This document shows positions 28,880-44,160 of a stretch of 64,000 bases of DNA, piece by piece. The notes under the pieces were generated by a model, which worked only from the letters and a program-made list of their open reading frames with translations, had not been told where the DNA came from and did no database searches. The stretch comes from Octopus vulgaris. Its lineage: Eukaryota. A program made the position numbers and the translations under genes. Position 1 is the stretch's first letter. Each line of letters begins with the position of its first letter. The stretch is from the NCBI GenBank assembly GCA_951406725.2, contig OX597835.1, forward strand, positions 32,178,001 to 32,242,000, written 5' to 3'.

Positions 28880-29110
28880 TACCTGCATATATATATGTGA
28901 CCGCGTGTGTACCGTTGGCGATTTTTTTTGCCTCCGTCTTCCCTTCTTCGGATCTTTCCTTTTCCTATGTTTCTGACGAAGAGCTCCGCTCGAAACGTTG
29001 AACCCTCCTTCTTTCCTTTTTCCCTGAGCCTCCAATAATACTATACTTGTTCCACGTCTTCGCATTGTTGTGTTTTCTCTTTGTGTTTTCATGTTTGGAT
29101 TAACTTTATA
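28880..29110 (+). mobile_element. TA-embedded Penelope-type terminal repeat with minimal hammerhead (28969-29003)
   Basis: gttt-CTGACGA-agagctccgctc-GAAAC-GTT-gaac. The family recurs at 15567, 44860 (fragment) and 61464. Confidence 0.78.
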
Positions 29111-29941
29111 TATATACATATATATATAGAAAGACGTATAGATGTATGCTGGCAGATATATAGAAAGACATAGAAAGCTGGAGATAGAGTGAAAAACTAA
29201 GAAGTAGTAGTTCAGATGGAATATGTGTCAGGTAATGTGGGTGAAAGGCCGGAAGAAGAAAAGGAACAATCAATTCCTCTTAATTAGCAGCTATAAAGAT
29301 GTAAGGAATACACTCTGGTTTGGCAAATGAAAGAATACATATCTAAGAACAAAGGAATTGCGCCAGGCTAGTCTGGTACCAACGCTTCTGTGTAAACTAG
29401 ATTTTGGTTTGCTTTAGGCAACGGACATACTAACATACGCACATGCAAATGTATATACAGATGCAGACAAACACACACACACGCGCGCGCGCGCGCGCGC
29501 ACACACACACATATGCAAACACATGCACACATTTGCAAACACACATTCACATGCAAACACAGATATTTAAACACACTCACACACACACACATACATACAC
29601 ACACAGACATGAAAACGCAAACACACAAACATATACACATACAAATATACAACACAACCATGCAAACATACACATACATACACACAGGCATACATACATA
29701 CATGCAAACAAACACATGTACACACACATGCATGCAAGCACACGCATGCACGCTAACAAAGACACATGTAAAACACACACACTGACACATGCATACACAC
29801 ATACACACACATACAAATAGACGAAGAGCATACACATACGGGAAACTTAAGGTAGTAAAGAAAACAGATATTCTCACACATCCAGACATGCATACATCCA
29901 TTAATCCACAAATGCATATATATATATATACGTAAAGACGA

Positions 29942-29975
<34 letters not shown>

Positions 29976-30052
29976 ATACAAACAAAGAAACAAACATGCA
30001 GAAGAAACTCTTATATGAAAAACTTCAGAACAAAGAAAATTATATATATGTG

Positions 30053-30136
<84 letters not shown>

Positions 30137-30185
30137 ATTGTCTCCACGTAAGCAATGTGAACGCTATCTTACAGAATAATCTATA

Positions 30186-30587
30186 TTATTCTTTTCTACT
30201 CTAGGCACAAGGCCCGAAATTTTGGGGGAGGGGACCATTCGATTAGACCGACCCCAGTGCATAACTGGTACTTAATTTATCGACCCCGAAAGGATGAAAG
30301 GCCAAGTCGACCTCAGCGGAATTTGAACTCAGAACGTTAAGACAAATGAAATACCTATTTCTTTACTACCCACAAGGGGCTAAACATAGAGAAGACAAAC
30401 AAGGACAGACAAACAGATTAAGTCGATTATATCGATCCCAGTGCGTAACTGGTACTTAATTTATCGACCCCGAAAGAATGACAGAAAAAGTCGACCTCGG
30501 CGGAATTTGAACTCAGAATGTAAAGACAAACGAAATACGGCTAAGCATTTCGTTCGGCGTGCTAACGTTTCTGCCAGCTCGCCGCCT
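30186..30587 (-). mobile_element. SINE family A dimer (type-1 tail then type-2 tail)
   Basis: One head, two cores, fixed junction at ~30350. Approximate TSD taatctatattatt / tactctaaattatt. Confidence 0.9.
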
Positions 30588-30755
30588 TAGTACTCTAAAT
30601 TATTATCAATACTTGGATATTCTCTCCTGATATACTATCCAGCAAACAGTTTCGCCATATCATGTCTCTTCTGTTAAAGTAGGCTAAAGATTGCCATTCC
30701 ATCTCCATATATTGGTTTTAAACACCCAGTTACAACTTTTCACATGTGCTTGTGT

Positions 30756-30831
<76 letters not shown>

Positions 30832-30834
30832 AAG

Positions 30835-30889
<55 letters not shown>

Positions 30890-31113
30890 CAGATATAGTT
30901 ATATATATATATGCATGCACATATATGTGTGTGTTACTGCGTGCACACACACACACACACACATACGCACAAACATGTATAATTTCATACGTATATACAA
31001 ATACTTATGCATCCACCTATACAATTAAACACGGTGAAATTCAACTAGGGACCAAGTAAGACAACTTTGTAGATCTATTACACTCTAAGATATATGTCTC
31101 CTTTCATTTCCCT

Positions 31114-31359
31114 ACTTCATATGGCTAATAAATCCTGCTGGGGACCTACAAGACATTTCATACTGACCACAAGGCAGCCTTCCAAGCAAGAGCTTCACCA
31201 CCTGGATGTTGGGACTTACAATGCTGAGTGAGTCAACTTCATATGGCTAATAAATCCTGCAGGGGACCTACAAGACATTCCATACTGACCACTAATCAGC
31301 CTTCCAGCAAGAGCTTCACCACCTGGATGTCGGGACTTACAATGTTGAGTGAGTCAACT
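31114..31359 (+). repeat. 122-bp tandem duplication within a possible degenerate integrase-like fragment
   Basis: Copies start at 31114 and 31236. A frameshifted reading gives TFHTDHKAAF/SKSFTTWM.GL...STGKYTHSITQGA*EN. Confidence 0.7.
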
Positions 31360-31617
31360 GGTAAATACACACACTCTATTACACAAGGTGCATGAGAGAA
31401 CATGTTGGAGATCACAATGATGAACGTGAATCCTTCCGTGACAGTGGTTGTGGCCGATTGGGTCAAACGCTGCGAACCAGGCATGACCACACTGGGCACG
31501 AAAAGAGACTCTTCCTTCCCCTTCTTAGGGAAAGGGTTCACATCGTCCTTATATTTATCAGCGCATTTCAACACAGCGTATGCAACACTGTTGTTCTCGA
31601 ATTCTTTAGCACTAGCA

Positions 31618-32031
31618 AGAGTGGCTGTGCGGTAAGTAGCTTGTTTACCAACCACATGGTTCCGGGTTCAGTCCCACTGCGTGTCACCTTGGACAAGTGT
31701 CTTCTACTATAGCCTCGGGTCGACCAAAGCCTTGTGAGTGGATTTTGTAGACGGAAACTGAAAGAAGCCCGTCGTATATATGTATATATATATATATATG
31801 CGTGTGTGTGTTTGTGTGTCTGTGTTTGTTCCCCTAGCATTGCTTGACAACCGATGTTGGTGTGTTTATGGCCCCGTTACTTAGCGGTTCGGCAAAAGAG
31901 ACCGACAGAATATGTACTGGGCTTACAAAGGAATAAGTCCCGGCGTCGAGTTGCTCGATTAAAGGCGGTGCTCCAGCATGACCGCAGTCAAATGAGTGAA
32001 ACAAGTAAAAGAGAAAGAAAGAGAAAGAGAG
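31618..32031 (+). mobile_element. SINE family B, full length
   Basis: Close match to the other family B copies. Confidence 0.9.
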
Positions 32032-32097
32032 TACCAATCAGATTCCCTCACAGCTCCCTATCTGATTCCAGGACGATATTGCTCTTTTACGTGTATG

Positions 32098-32550
32098 TTT
32101 AAGATTGTCTTTGAAAGTCTTGTGCGGCCCGCACTGGGAACGTCTTCCTTTCTCCAGCTTACCTGACCACACCTGCTTTGTCATACGGATATCTTATAAG
32201 CAGACAAGATGATCAAACCATTTAAATTGGCGTTTCATAATCATGGACTCAATACTCGTCATTTTTGCTAATTTCAGTTCTGTCGTATCAGGCAAAAGAG
32301 ATCGTCACGAGCTCTTTGGGATATTACGCAAGCATCACTGGTAGAATCCCACGGGATGTTGGATAAGCCTGCAGTAACGTGTACAGCCTTCTCATCCATA
32401 CAATAGTGCAGCAAAGACACATGCTTGACAAACTTCAACTTCCGTCGCTGCTTTGATATCTGATTGCGACAAGAACCTAGATTCAACATTCCAAACGCAT
32501 CACACGGCTTAGAAAATCTATAACTGCCCTCCTTGTCGAGTGTATTGATT
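32098..32550 (-). mobile_element. RTE-clade LINE ORF C-terminal fragment (degenerate)
   Basis: Reads TLDKEGSYRFSKPCDAFG..., then after frameshifts MTSIESMIMKRQFKWFDHLVCL*DIRMTKQVWSGKLEKGRRSQCGPHKTFKDNLK, a typical RTE tail (W.GH..R...G.R..G...K.fKD). Confidence 0.8.
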
Positions 32551-32650
32551 TTATATACATACATAAAAATTACACGCATTTCAAATATTATTCATTCGAG
32601 ATATCTGGATTAACATTTGCCCCAAATCACAAACGCATATAGAAGACATA

Positions 32651-32950
32651 CATCATCATCATCATCATCATTGTTTGACCGTGGTCGAGACAATGGAATT
32701 TACTATGTTACGCCAGACTTCACGGTCCATCATAGCATTAGGGAGGTCCTGTTGCTGGATGCCTGTATCCCTGGAGATTACATCAGGGTAGGAGATTGTG
32801 CGCCCTCTGGTATCGCGAGCAGATGGCTTCCAGAGGAGAAGAATAGAAATTACCTCGTTTTCAGCTCTACAACAATGTCCAGCAAACTGGACTCTTCTAC
32901 CTTTCACAAGAGATGATACAGGTGGTAATTTCCCATATATTTGTACTTTT
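32651..32950 (-). mobile_element. 5'-truncated RTE-like LINE 3' end with (TGA)n tail
   Basis: Open frame YGKLPPVSSLVKGRRVQFAGHCCRAENEVISILLLWKP...MMDREVWRNIV ending directly in (tga)n. Confidence 0.82.
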
Positions 32951-33878
32951 GGTTGTATACATACATATACACATGTATATATATACAAACTGTAATGAGC
33001 TATACAAACTTGTGTTTTATCATGGCTCGTTCACCCACGAGGTATGTTTATCCACGCGCACACAGAAACTCAGAACAAGTTCGTATATATGCATACATCA
33101 ACCAGTTCAGTTAACCACAAGAACTGTCGTGATATAAATTTTTTAAAAAAGCCTTGCAAATATTCTTCGTAATCGGCTTGAAGTCTGCAAAGGAAAAAAC
33201 ACTTCGAAATTAACATACACGCATACATACATACACGCATACATACATACACGCATACATACATACAAACATAGTTATGTACATACATATATAATTACAT
33301 ACAGGACTACATACATACATACATATATACATACATACATACATGCATACATACATATATTCATACATACATACATGCATACATACATGCATACATACAT
33401 ACATACATACATACATACATACATACATACATACATACATACATACATACATACATACATACACACACAAACACATGGCGTTTTTGTAATTGGAGATTCT
33501 ACACAAATTGTATTCAGAATAACGATTCAAAAGTTTATTATCGGAATGGTTGAATGATCGAATGAAGGAAAGAATGAATATTCGAATAAAAGATTGTCAG
33601 AATTGTAAATATATATGGTTTTATCAATAGATGTTTTATCCAGTTATTTACATTGCATTACATAAACGTTAGCGTCTCTCAATAGATGCTAATTGTTTCT
33701 TTAACCCTGCCTACAGAAAAATCAAGCAACAATAACAGTTACAACGTCACCATTAGCCACGAGAAGTGTAAGTAGTCGCTCGATCATCTAGAAATAGCAG
33801 GCAAACTTTCCTTAAATATACTTTGAAAAGGGAGATGGATATATTCGACAGCGGATTCTAACTAGTTGAAATCTCCAA

Positions 33879-34345
33879 GCGGTTTAAATGCACAAGTCTC
33901 AGATATCCAAGTGGCTTTAAGTGTGTCACGAAAGATCTAGCTGGAGTCCCAAACTTCTGTGTTCTTTTGCAGGGCTTAGAAAAACTGAAGGACCGCTGCA
34001 ATAAGTGTGTGAATCTGAGAGGGGAAAATTTAATTCTTTATTGCCCACAAGGGGCTAAACATAGAGGGGACAAACAAAAATAGACAAAGGGACTAAGTCA
34101 ATTACATCGACCTCAGTGCGTAACTGGTACTTATTTAATCGACCCCGAAAGGATGAAAAGCAAAGTCGAGCTCGTCGGAATTTGAACTCAGAACGTAACG
34201 GCAGACGAAATACGGATACACATTTCGCCCGGCGTGCTAACGTTTCTGCCAGCGCGCCGCCTTGTGAGAGGGGAATATATTACATAAAATCATATTTAAC
34301 TGATCCTTCTGTATTTTCTCAGCCAAAGCCAGGAACTTTTCACCT
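33879..34345 (+). mobile_element. Mariner-derived relic interrupted by a SINE A copy (34032-34262, minus)
   Basis: LLQGLEKLKDRCNKCVNLRGEY matches the mariner C-terminal G...L..RW.KC....GEY motif. tgagaggggaa is duplicated on each side of the SINE. Confidence 0.75.
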
Positions 34346-34541
34346 TTCCCACCAGTTGTAGCTGATGAAGCAAAATACCATTTCTTGGTTTAAGCCGCTT
34401 GTGAATCAGTTCCTTGTTTTCACACTGAATAATTGCACTCTTGATTAATAACTACATTGAATGAGTCACTGTGATAGCGTTGATGCTTCAGCGCTACCAT
34501 GATAACCAATGTTATTTCATCTTTGAACAGATGTTTTAAAA

Positions 34542-34875
34542 GGCGGCGAGCTGGCAGAATCGTTAGCACGCCGGGCGAAATGCTTATCGACATTTCGTCT
34601 GCTGCTACGTTCTAAATTCAAATTACGCCGAGGTCGACTTTGCCTTTCATCCTTTCGGGGTCGATAAATTAAGTACCAGTTACGCACTGGGGTCGATATA
34701 ATCGACTTAATCCGTTTGTCTGTCCTTGTTTGTCCTCTCTGTGTTTAGCCCTTTGTGGGTAGTAAAGAAATAGGTATTTCATCTGTTTTACGATCAAAGT
34801 TCAAATTCCGTCGAGGTCGACTTTGCCTTCTTTCCCCAACATTTCAGACGTTGTTCCTAGAGTAGAAAAGAGTAT
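34542..34875 (+). mobile_element. SINE family A dimer
   Basis: Full head and unit, junction aaagaaataggtatttc, then a shortened second unit with the type-2 tail. Confidence 0.88.
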
Positions 34876-34928
34876 AGGTTTGGAAGCTGAGTCAATGGAA
34901 AGGAGTCACAACTTGATGAAATTTCTGA

Positions 34929-35130
34929 ACGGTTTAAATGCACAAGTCTCAGATACCAAAGTAGCATTAAGGGTATCGTGAAAGACCTGGTTGGGAGCCC
35001 AACCTTCTGAGTTATTTTACAGGGCTTAGAAAAATCGAAGGACTACTGCAATAAGTGTGTGAATTTTAAAAGGGAATATGTCTGAATAAAATTATAAATA
35101 ACTGATCCTCCTGGATTTTCATTTATCCCC
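34929..35130 (+). mobile_element. Second copy of the mariner-derived relic
   Basis: Similar to 33879-34345, from cggtttaaatgcacaagtctcagata to actgatcct. Confidence 0.72.
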
Positions 35131-35280
35131 AAATGGCTGAAAAGAGCCAGCAGAATGTCACCCAAGAAAAAAGTGTAAAAAGTTCAGGGCCAAAACATTT
35201 GCATGAGGTGAGACTTCTTCTCTGAAGACACTCTGCTGTTTATTCGAAATAAACATACAGTCGTACGAGTGGCTATGTGG

Positions 35281-35460
35281 AGGCGTAGGAGTGGCTGAGT
35301 GGTAAGTAGCTTACGACCCACATGGTTCCGGGTTCAGTCCCACTGCGTGGAACCTTGGGCAAGTGTCTTTTACTATAGCCTCGCACCGACCAAAGCATCG
35401 GTTGTCAAGCGATGTTGGGGATACAAACACAGACACACAAACATATACACACACATAAAT

Positions 35461-35549
<89 letters not shown>

Positions 35550-35781
35550 TTATGTGTGTGTATATGTTTGTGTGTCTGTGTTTGTACCCCCAACATCGCT
35601 TGACAACCGATGCTGGTGTGGTTACATCCCCGTAACTTAGCGCTTCTGCAAAAAAGACCAATAGAATAAGTACTCGTCTTACAAAGAATAAGTCCTGGGG
35701 TCGATTTGCTCGACTAAAGGCGGTGCTCCAGCATGCCCACAGTCAAGTGACTGAAATAAGTAATAGAGTAAAGAGTAAGAG
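35281..35781 (+). mobile_element. SINE family B with internal inverted duplication
   Basis: Arms ~35395-35463 and ~35545-35613 flank a (CA)/(TA) spacer. Confidence 0.88.
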
Positions 35782-36105
35782 TATACACGCTTACATACAT
35801 AGTTATATACATCGTACGTTTGAACATACATGCGAACACACACGGACACACGTACACCGACACGCGCGCATATACATACATACTCCCGAGAGTTTCTTAA
35901 CATCATACTATTACAAAACATGCGATGACCGTGGTTTAGAAGTTTCGCCCTACCAGATTTCGTTGACTTTGATAAAGTTTGGTTATTGTTGGTGCAGGAG
36001 AGAATGGTCCCAAGAGCACGTATTTCTTGAGCAAGTTTCAAACTTTACAGCATTGGCTGTGTCTGTGTAATCAAATGATTGCAATTACTGAAACACCAAC
36101 ATCTG

Positions 36106-36629
36106 TGGAGGCGCAATGGCCCAGTGGTTAGGGCAGCGATCTCGCGGTCGTAAGAACACGGTTTCCATTCCCAGACCGGGCATTGTGAGTGTTTATTGAG
36201 CAAAAACACCTAAGCCCCACGAAGCTCCGGCGGGAGGGGTGGCGAACTCCGCTGTACTCTTTCACCACAACTTTCTCTCACTCTTTCTTCCTACTTCTGC
36301 CACAAAGCAGAGGAACCATGGTGTTACCCACTATGGTGCGGTAAACTTTCAGAACCTAGTCTAGATTGCGAATCATCTGTACCCCAGGATGGTTCAGCTC
36401 TCCACCCGTTAAAAGCCACCGTTTACGGAATGAGGATAGCAACGTAGCTTTCGCGCCCGTGCAACCGCCAGTCTATCGCGTGTGGTGGGTGGATTTTCAA
36501 GTTGCCATATACATTCTTAGTAGCTTAGAGTAGGCTCGAATTAGAGATTATTCTTTGGTGGCTAATGGCGTGAGTCCTGATTGGAAGAAGAAGAAGAAGA
36601 AGAAGAAGAAGAAGAAGAAGAAGAAGAAA
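36106..36629 (+). mobile_element. SINE family C, second full copy
   Basis: Collinear with 23492-24031, with a (GAA)n tail. Confidence 0.88.
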
Positions 36630-36750
36630 CAAAAAGATATACAGCGCTAACACAGTATTATCAATATTCACCCAATCACCACCTTATCGATTTTCCCAAT
36701 AACATAAAGACGTCGTCGTCGTCACCATCATCACCACCACCACCACAACC

Positions 36751-36847
<97 letters not shown>

Positions 36848-37372
36848 CCACCACCACCATCATCATCACCATCATCATCAGCATCATCATCATCATCATC
36901 ATCAAAAACACCACCATCATCATCATCATCATCATCATTATCGTCATCATCATCATCTTCACCGACGATAACATTAACAACAAAGACAAGATCAACGTCG
37001 GCATGGGCGTCAGTAATTATGTCTAATAACAGGTAGTGTTTAATCTTCAACATTAATAACATGAACGAGACATTGAGAGCGACAGAGACAATGGCGGGTT
37101 TTAATGACGAAAACTCTAGTGACAAGAGAAAAAAAGAGTCAAATATTCAAACGGAAAGAGTGCGTGCGCGCGCATAGAGAGAGAGTGGGGAGGGAGGCAC
37201 ATTATACACATACACAAATTCAAACACTCGCAAACATCACACACATATACATAGACATACATGTACAGGATCTTTCAATTTATCTAATTATCTAATCATC
37301 TATCTATATATCTATCTATTTATCTCTCTCTTTCTCGCTATCTCTCTCTCTGTGTCTGTCTGTGTCTCTCTC

Positions 37373-37414
<42 letters not shown>

Positions 37415-38341
37415 CTCGTGTGTGTATGCACGTAGGTAGGTTGATATGTAGCGAGGTAGGCCTGTGTGAGTATATATACACACATATATATATATGTGTG
37501 GGTGGGTGTGCGCGCGTACGTGTGAGTGTATGTTTTATGTATATATATATGTGTGTATGTGTGTGTATGTGTGTGGTGAAACAGAGATAGATACATAGAT
37601 AGATTGAGAGAATGAGAGAGAGAGAGAAAGAAACAGGCAGACATACGGACAGATTGACAAGCAGACAGGAAAGCAGGTAGGGGCAGAGGGCCTATGGAAA
37701 TTAATTATCGAATAAATTTCAGAATTCCCAAAAACTACATATCAAAACAATAGAATTTTTATATGATTGTATGCATTACAAAATAAAAATTAAAATCACA
37801 AGAACAAAAAATGAAAAGACAAATAATGAAAATTTTTACTAATTTCAGATATTCACAAGTAATCGATTTCTTTTTAGCCAAAGATTGGAGAAAAAAAGAA
37901 ATAAAAATTCGTTTCACATAAAGGATTCATTATTTTAATGTTGAGTTGTAAAATATTTGTAAGTGGCAGTCATCTCATAGCTTAAAAGTTTGTTCGTTTT
38001 ATCCCCAAATGATGTTAGTTTGACAGGTGTGTACATATATATATATATATAAGCATATATGAATGTTTCTAATTATATATTGATGTACATGCCTTCATAT
38101 ATATAAGAATGTATGTATTTATACATACGTACACATGTATATATATATGTGTATATATATACATAAAAATACATATATATATATACAAATACATATATAA
38201 ATGTATATAAATAAGGATAAGTTCGTTATTTAAATATCGAACTTATCAAGTGGCCAGCATGGGAATAAAAACCTTCAAAGGTAATAATCATTATATAATA
38301 CCTATCTATCTATCTATCTATGTATCTATCTATCTATACAT

Positions 38342-38403
<62 letters not shown>

Positions 38404-38724
38404 ATATGTATATGTATGTATATATATATATATGAACGCGTAAACATATATTTATATACTTATAGGTACCTATATATATATATGAAGGCGCATGTGCGCT
38501 GTGTGTGTTGTGTGTGTTTGTGTGTGTGTGTGTGTGTATGTGTGTGTGTGTGCATGTGTACATGTGTATATGACTGCCTAAATAAGGAAAAACACACTCA
38601 AAGCATATAGTAAAGTTTAAATATGCAAGTATATGTTGTGTCATCTTGACTCGTAAATTTAAGTTTTGCTTTATTGATTATTGAAATAATTATCGGCGCG
38701 AATATGTTCCAGAAACGTCCCCTC

Positions 38725-39685
<961 letters not shown>

Positions 39686-40309
39686 TAGCACGTGAAAAAC
39701 TGCTGAAAACTTGTCGGTACCTAAGGTTACCCGCTATAGTGGTAAGCTGTTATCCACATAATTCCTACCAAACCGGGCCTGAGACAAACTAAAATAATAA
39801 TAATAATTATGATGATGATGATGATGATCGTTATTTGCCACAAAGTCGAAGGACGAGATGGACAATACAGAGACAGACATAAAGTGTGTGGGTTCACATA
39901 TAATAATAAAATGATGTAAAAATAAACTATACACTGTGATGATGATGATGATGATGATAATAATAATAGTAACAATGATATTAATAATAGTAGCATTTTG
40001 CAATGTAAAACAGCATAACTCATGCAACATGTACTATATTATACTAGGGACTAATAAAATAACACATCTCACATACAACAGAATGCACAGTAATATAACA
40101 AGACCCGAGAATTCAAACACTACAACAAAACAAACTGGATCAGTACGCCAGCATGAGGCGCTTTCCCTCCACCAACCTCAATATGTCCATAATATCGGAC
40201 ATACTTCAGAGACATGGAGATGCAAAAATTGGTGCTTCAGATTCTCGCATGAATTGATCAAAGAAAAAAAGTTTCATAATAATAATAATAATAATAATGA
40301 TAATAATAA

Positions 40310-40890
40310 TGATTTTAAACTTTGCTCAAGGCCAACAATTTCGGGGGAAGGGGAAAAGTCGATTACAGCGGCACCAGTGTTCAACTGGTTCTTATTTTGT
40401 CGATCCTGAAAGGATGAAAGGCAAAGTCGACCTCGGTGGCATTTGAACTCAGAACGTAAGGATGGATGAAATGCCAATTTCTTTACTAACCACAAGGGGC
40501 TAAACACAGAGAGGACGAACAAGGACAGACAAACGGATTAAGTCGATTATATCGACCCCAGTGCGTAACTGGTACTTATTTAATCGAACCCGAAAGGATG
40601 AAAGGCAAAGTCGACCTTGGTGGAATTTGAACTCAGAACGTAGCGGCAGACGAAATACCTATTTCCTTACTGCCCATAAGGAGCTAACCACAGAGGGGAC
40701 AAACAAGGACAGACAAACAGATTAAGTCGATTATGTCGACCTCAGTGCGTAACTGGTACTTATTTAATCGACCCCGAAAGGATGAAAGGCAAAGTCGACC
40801 TCGGCGGAATTTGAACTCAGAACATAGCGGCAGACGAAATACTGCTAAGCATTTCGCCCGGCGTGTTAACGATTCTGCCAGTTCAACGCT
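40310..40890 (-). mobile_element. SINE family A trimer, followed by further degenerate copies to ~41400
   Basis: Three cores, with junctions at ~40470 and ~40655. Confidence 0.88.
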
Positions 40891-41915
40891 TGAATAACAA
40901 TAATCATAATAATCTTTTCTACTAGAGGCACAAAGCCTTGAAATTTTGCGGGAGGGGACTAATCGATTACATTCACACAAGCGTTTCCCTGGTCTTTAAT
41001 TTATCAACACCGAAAGACCTTCGCAGAATTTGAGCTCAGAACACAAAGACAGACAAACTGTCTCTAAGCATTTTGCCCGACTCGTCAGCTCCTGACATTC
41101 ACTTCATTTAGCAATAATCCTTTCTTCTAAAAGCACAAGGCCTGAAATTTGCAGGGAACAAACTAGTCGATTACGTGTTTCTTTCACTGGTACTTAATTT
41201 ATCGCCCCCGAAAGAATGAAAGAGAAAATCAACCTCGGCGGAATTTGAACTCAGATCGTAGCGACGGGCGGAATAGCGCAAAGCAGTATTTCACTTATTA
41301 TTTACTTCAAGAGAAAAGGAATTTAAAATATTCAAAGTCGACCTCGGCAGGTTTTAAACAACACAAAACGAAAAGAGGGTCATAACTAAATATAGCAAAC
41401 GGCGGTGCCCCAGCATGGCCGCAGCTTTGAGCTGAAACTGATAAAATAACAATCATTTTGTCTGACACACTCTATAATTCAACACATTTGCCAGTCATTG
41501 AGCGCAGATTAAATGCTTTTATTTTACACTATTTTATTTTCTTTAAGATATTTTATTTCCTGTATAATTCACGCATTTGAATATGTTATCTATCTTAAAA
41601 TTTCACTCATGTTCATTTCCTAAATATGCACACCACCATCTTCTTTCGTTAAATCGACTATCATTCTTATTGTTTTTATAATTATCATTATTACTATTGA
41701 TGCTTTCGTAGACGCTCAAATTTCATTTTATATTGAACAATCTATTTATTCTACTGTATGTTGTTCTTTTGTATTCTATTTTATTTTTCGAAACCCGAAT
41801 TTTGTTCTTCATTTATTTTTATGTTGTTCATCTTTCGTAATCATATAACTTCGCTCTTTTTAATTATTCTCTGTACTCACTTTTCTCTCTCGACACACGA
41901 GTATAATATATGTAT

Positions 41916-41948
<33 letters not shown>

Positions 41949-41949
41949 C

Positions 41950-42011
<62 letters not shown>

Positions 42012-42642
42012 ATATAATTTGTTTAATTTACATTTGACAAGTTTTGTGACAAGTCGGTGTTTACTGAAGAAGCGTATGATTAATGGTGAGTAGTTGTGTG
42101 AAATCAATACAATAATCACTAGAGGAACCTGAAGATAATGAATTCTGGACAGTTTTTTAAAGTATTAATTACATGTAGTAAACACTGACACGCCGACAAA
42201 CAAACAAGCAATTTGGACAACGTTCCAGGTGATCGAATATTTAAATGTCAAAGGTAACGTAAAGAAGGAAAGAAAAAATATCGAAAACAGAAAACACTCG
42301 AAAAACAACACCCTGAACGTATAAACATATATGTATGCGTCTGTATGCATATATGTGAGTGTGTATGTGTTTGTGTGTGTGTGTGTGTGTGTGTGCGTGT
42401 GTTTGTCTACATGTATTTTTATGCATGTATATGTATATAAATATATGTATATAGTATATACCAAAGTGTGTTTAGATGTACGTACCCATATATGTATGTA
42501 GGTGTAAATAAATAAAATTCATATAACTTTATGCGAAAATAAATTGTCACACTTCCCTCTGTGTATATATATATATATATATATAATTGATTTGAAAGCG
42601 CGCGTGTGTATGTGAACGCGCGTGTATAATGTTTATATGAGA

Positions 42643-42677
<35 letters not shown>

Positions 42678-43766
42678 GCAAACGCATACACACAAATACA
42701 TACCCACAGGATTTCTTATATATATATATATATATATATAAAGACTCAGACCTGTAATTTCTTTAAATGTGATTCAAGAAATGGTAATTGCTAAACAAAG
42801 AAAAAAATACATTAACAAAGATTTTATTATGCCTATATCTTTACTCAATTAAATATGTAACGTATTTAGTTATGTATACATTCGCCGAAATGCTCTCCAC
42901 CTCTGTCTCTCTCTCTCTTTCTGTCTGTCTGTCTGTCTGTATTAATGTATGTTCTCTTTTTTTAATTTGCTATAAATTTTGACCGGCCACCTCCTTGGAA
43001 GCAAGGATGCGAAGGAAAGCATCTTGTTTTAAGCACCATCCTTTAAATCTTAAGCTGGCGGGGTCCTGTAGATTCTTATAGCCCCTGATACCGTGATCAT
43101 ATCTATGGCTACATAACATGCATGTATGTCATTGTTCAGTTTCATTTACAAGATTTCTTGCCAATAGAGAAAGAGCCGGTTTCTAACCTAGATCCAAGGC
43201 TTATTTATTGCACATATGCATACCCTAACCAATTTTGTGAGCCACATAACCCTACACCTGTCTGCACTCAAACGAAGAGCCTTGCCAATTGATTGGTTTT
43301 CCGTTTGAGTTCTGTAAAGATAATTTTAAAATTTTAAAGAAAAACACGGATACATACGTACATACAAACATACATGCAAGCATACATACATACATACATA
43401 GATGCATGCATGCATGCATACATACATTCATACACGCGCGCACACAAACACATAGACTATATACATATATATATACACGGACACGCACATACACTTCTGC
43501 TTATCAACTTAACTTTTACTAATATTTAATAAAATATTTTAAAGGATTCAAATTGTTATGCAATGATCGTGGCTGTCCCCGCTGCCTGCCATCCCAACAA
43601 TCAATATATGTACCAATCAACAGGTGTTTTAATCGATACCTCTATTAACTTCAATGTATCGATTCCAGTTGCAATTTCTTTGAACCGATAATGTTTACCT
43701 GTTTTATGACGATTATAATTATTCCGATATATTCGCATACTGCTTCCCTTTCTTCTTTATAGTTTA

Positions 43767-44160
43767 CTAGCACTATGACCCGGCAACGCTGGGTATATGC
43801 ATGCTAGTGCATGCATTTACGGCTGCGTGCGTGCGCACATACACGCGAGTACTGTCCAAATATCCACCAACCACATACAGCTAGCTGGCATTCAATTGGC
43901 GTATCAAGTTTCGGGCATTTTGATTGGGATTTGGATAGAAAATTCACAAAAACGTCACTTCTATTGATTTGTTATCACTTTGCTGGGTGACTGGGGAAAT
44001 GTACAGATGTGCACGACCACCCTTGGACAGTTCTGAATAACCATAGAAAATGAGAGCTCTCTAACTGAAAAATTGTGGATTTGTATAAAGGATACACACA
44101 CACACACACACACACGCACACACACACACACACACAGACATTTTGCGGTTTATATAGAGA
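43767..44160 (-). mobile_element. Non-autonomous Helitron-like element
   Basis: The minus strand starts TCTCTATATAAA followed by a (TG)n tract. It ends with the hairpin cccagcgttgccggg, 8 nt, then CTAG|T, which are canonical Helitron termini. Confidence 0.72.

Noticed and set aside
36581-37125. Ser/Pro-rich and Asp/Gly-rich ORFs
   Set aside because: They come from a (CAT/CAC)n repeat following a SINE (GAA)n tail.
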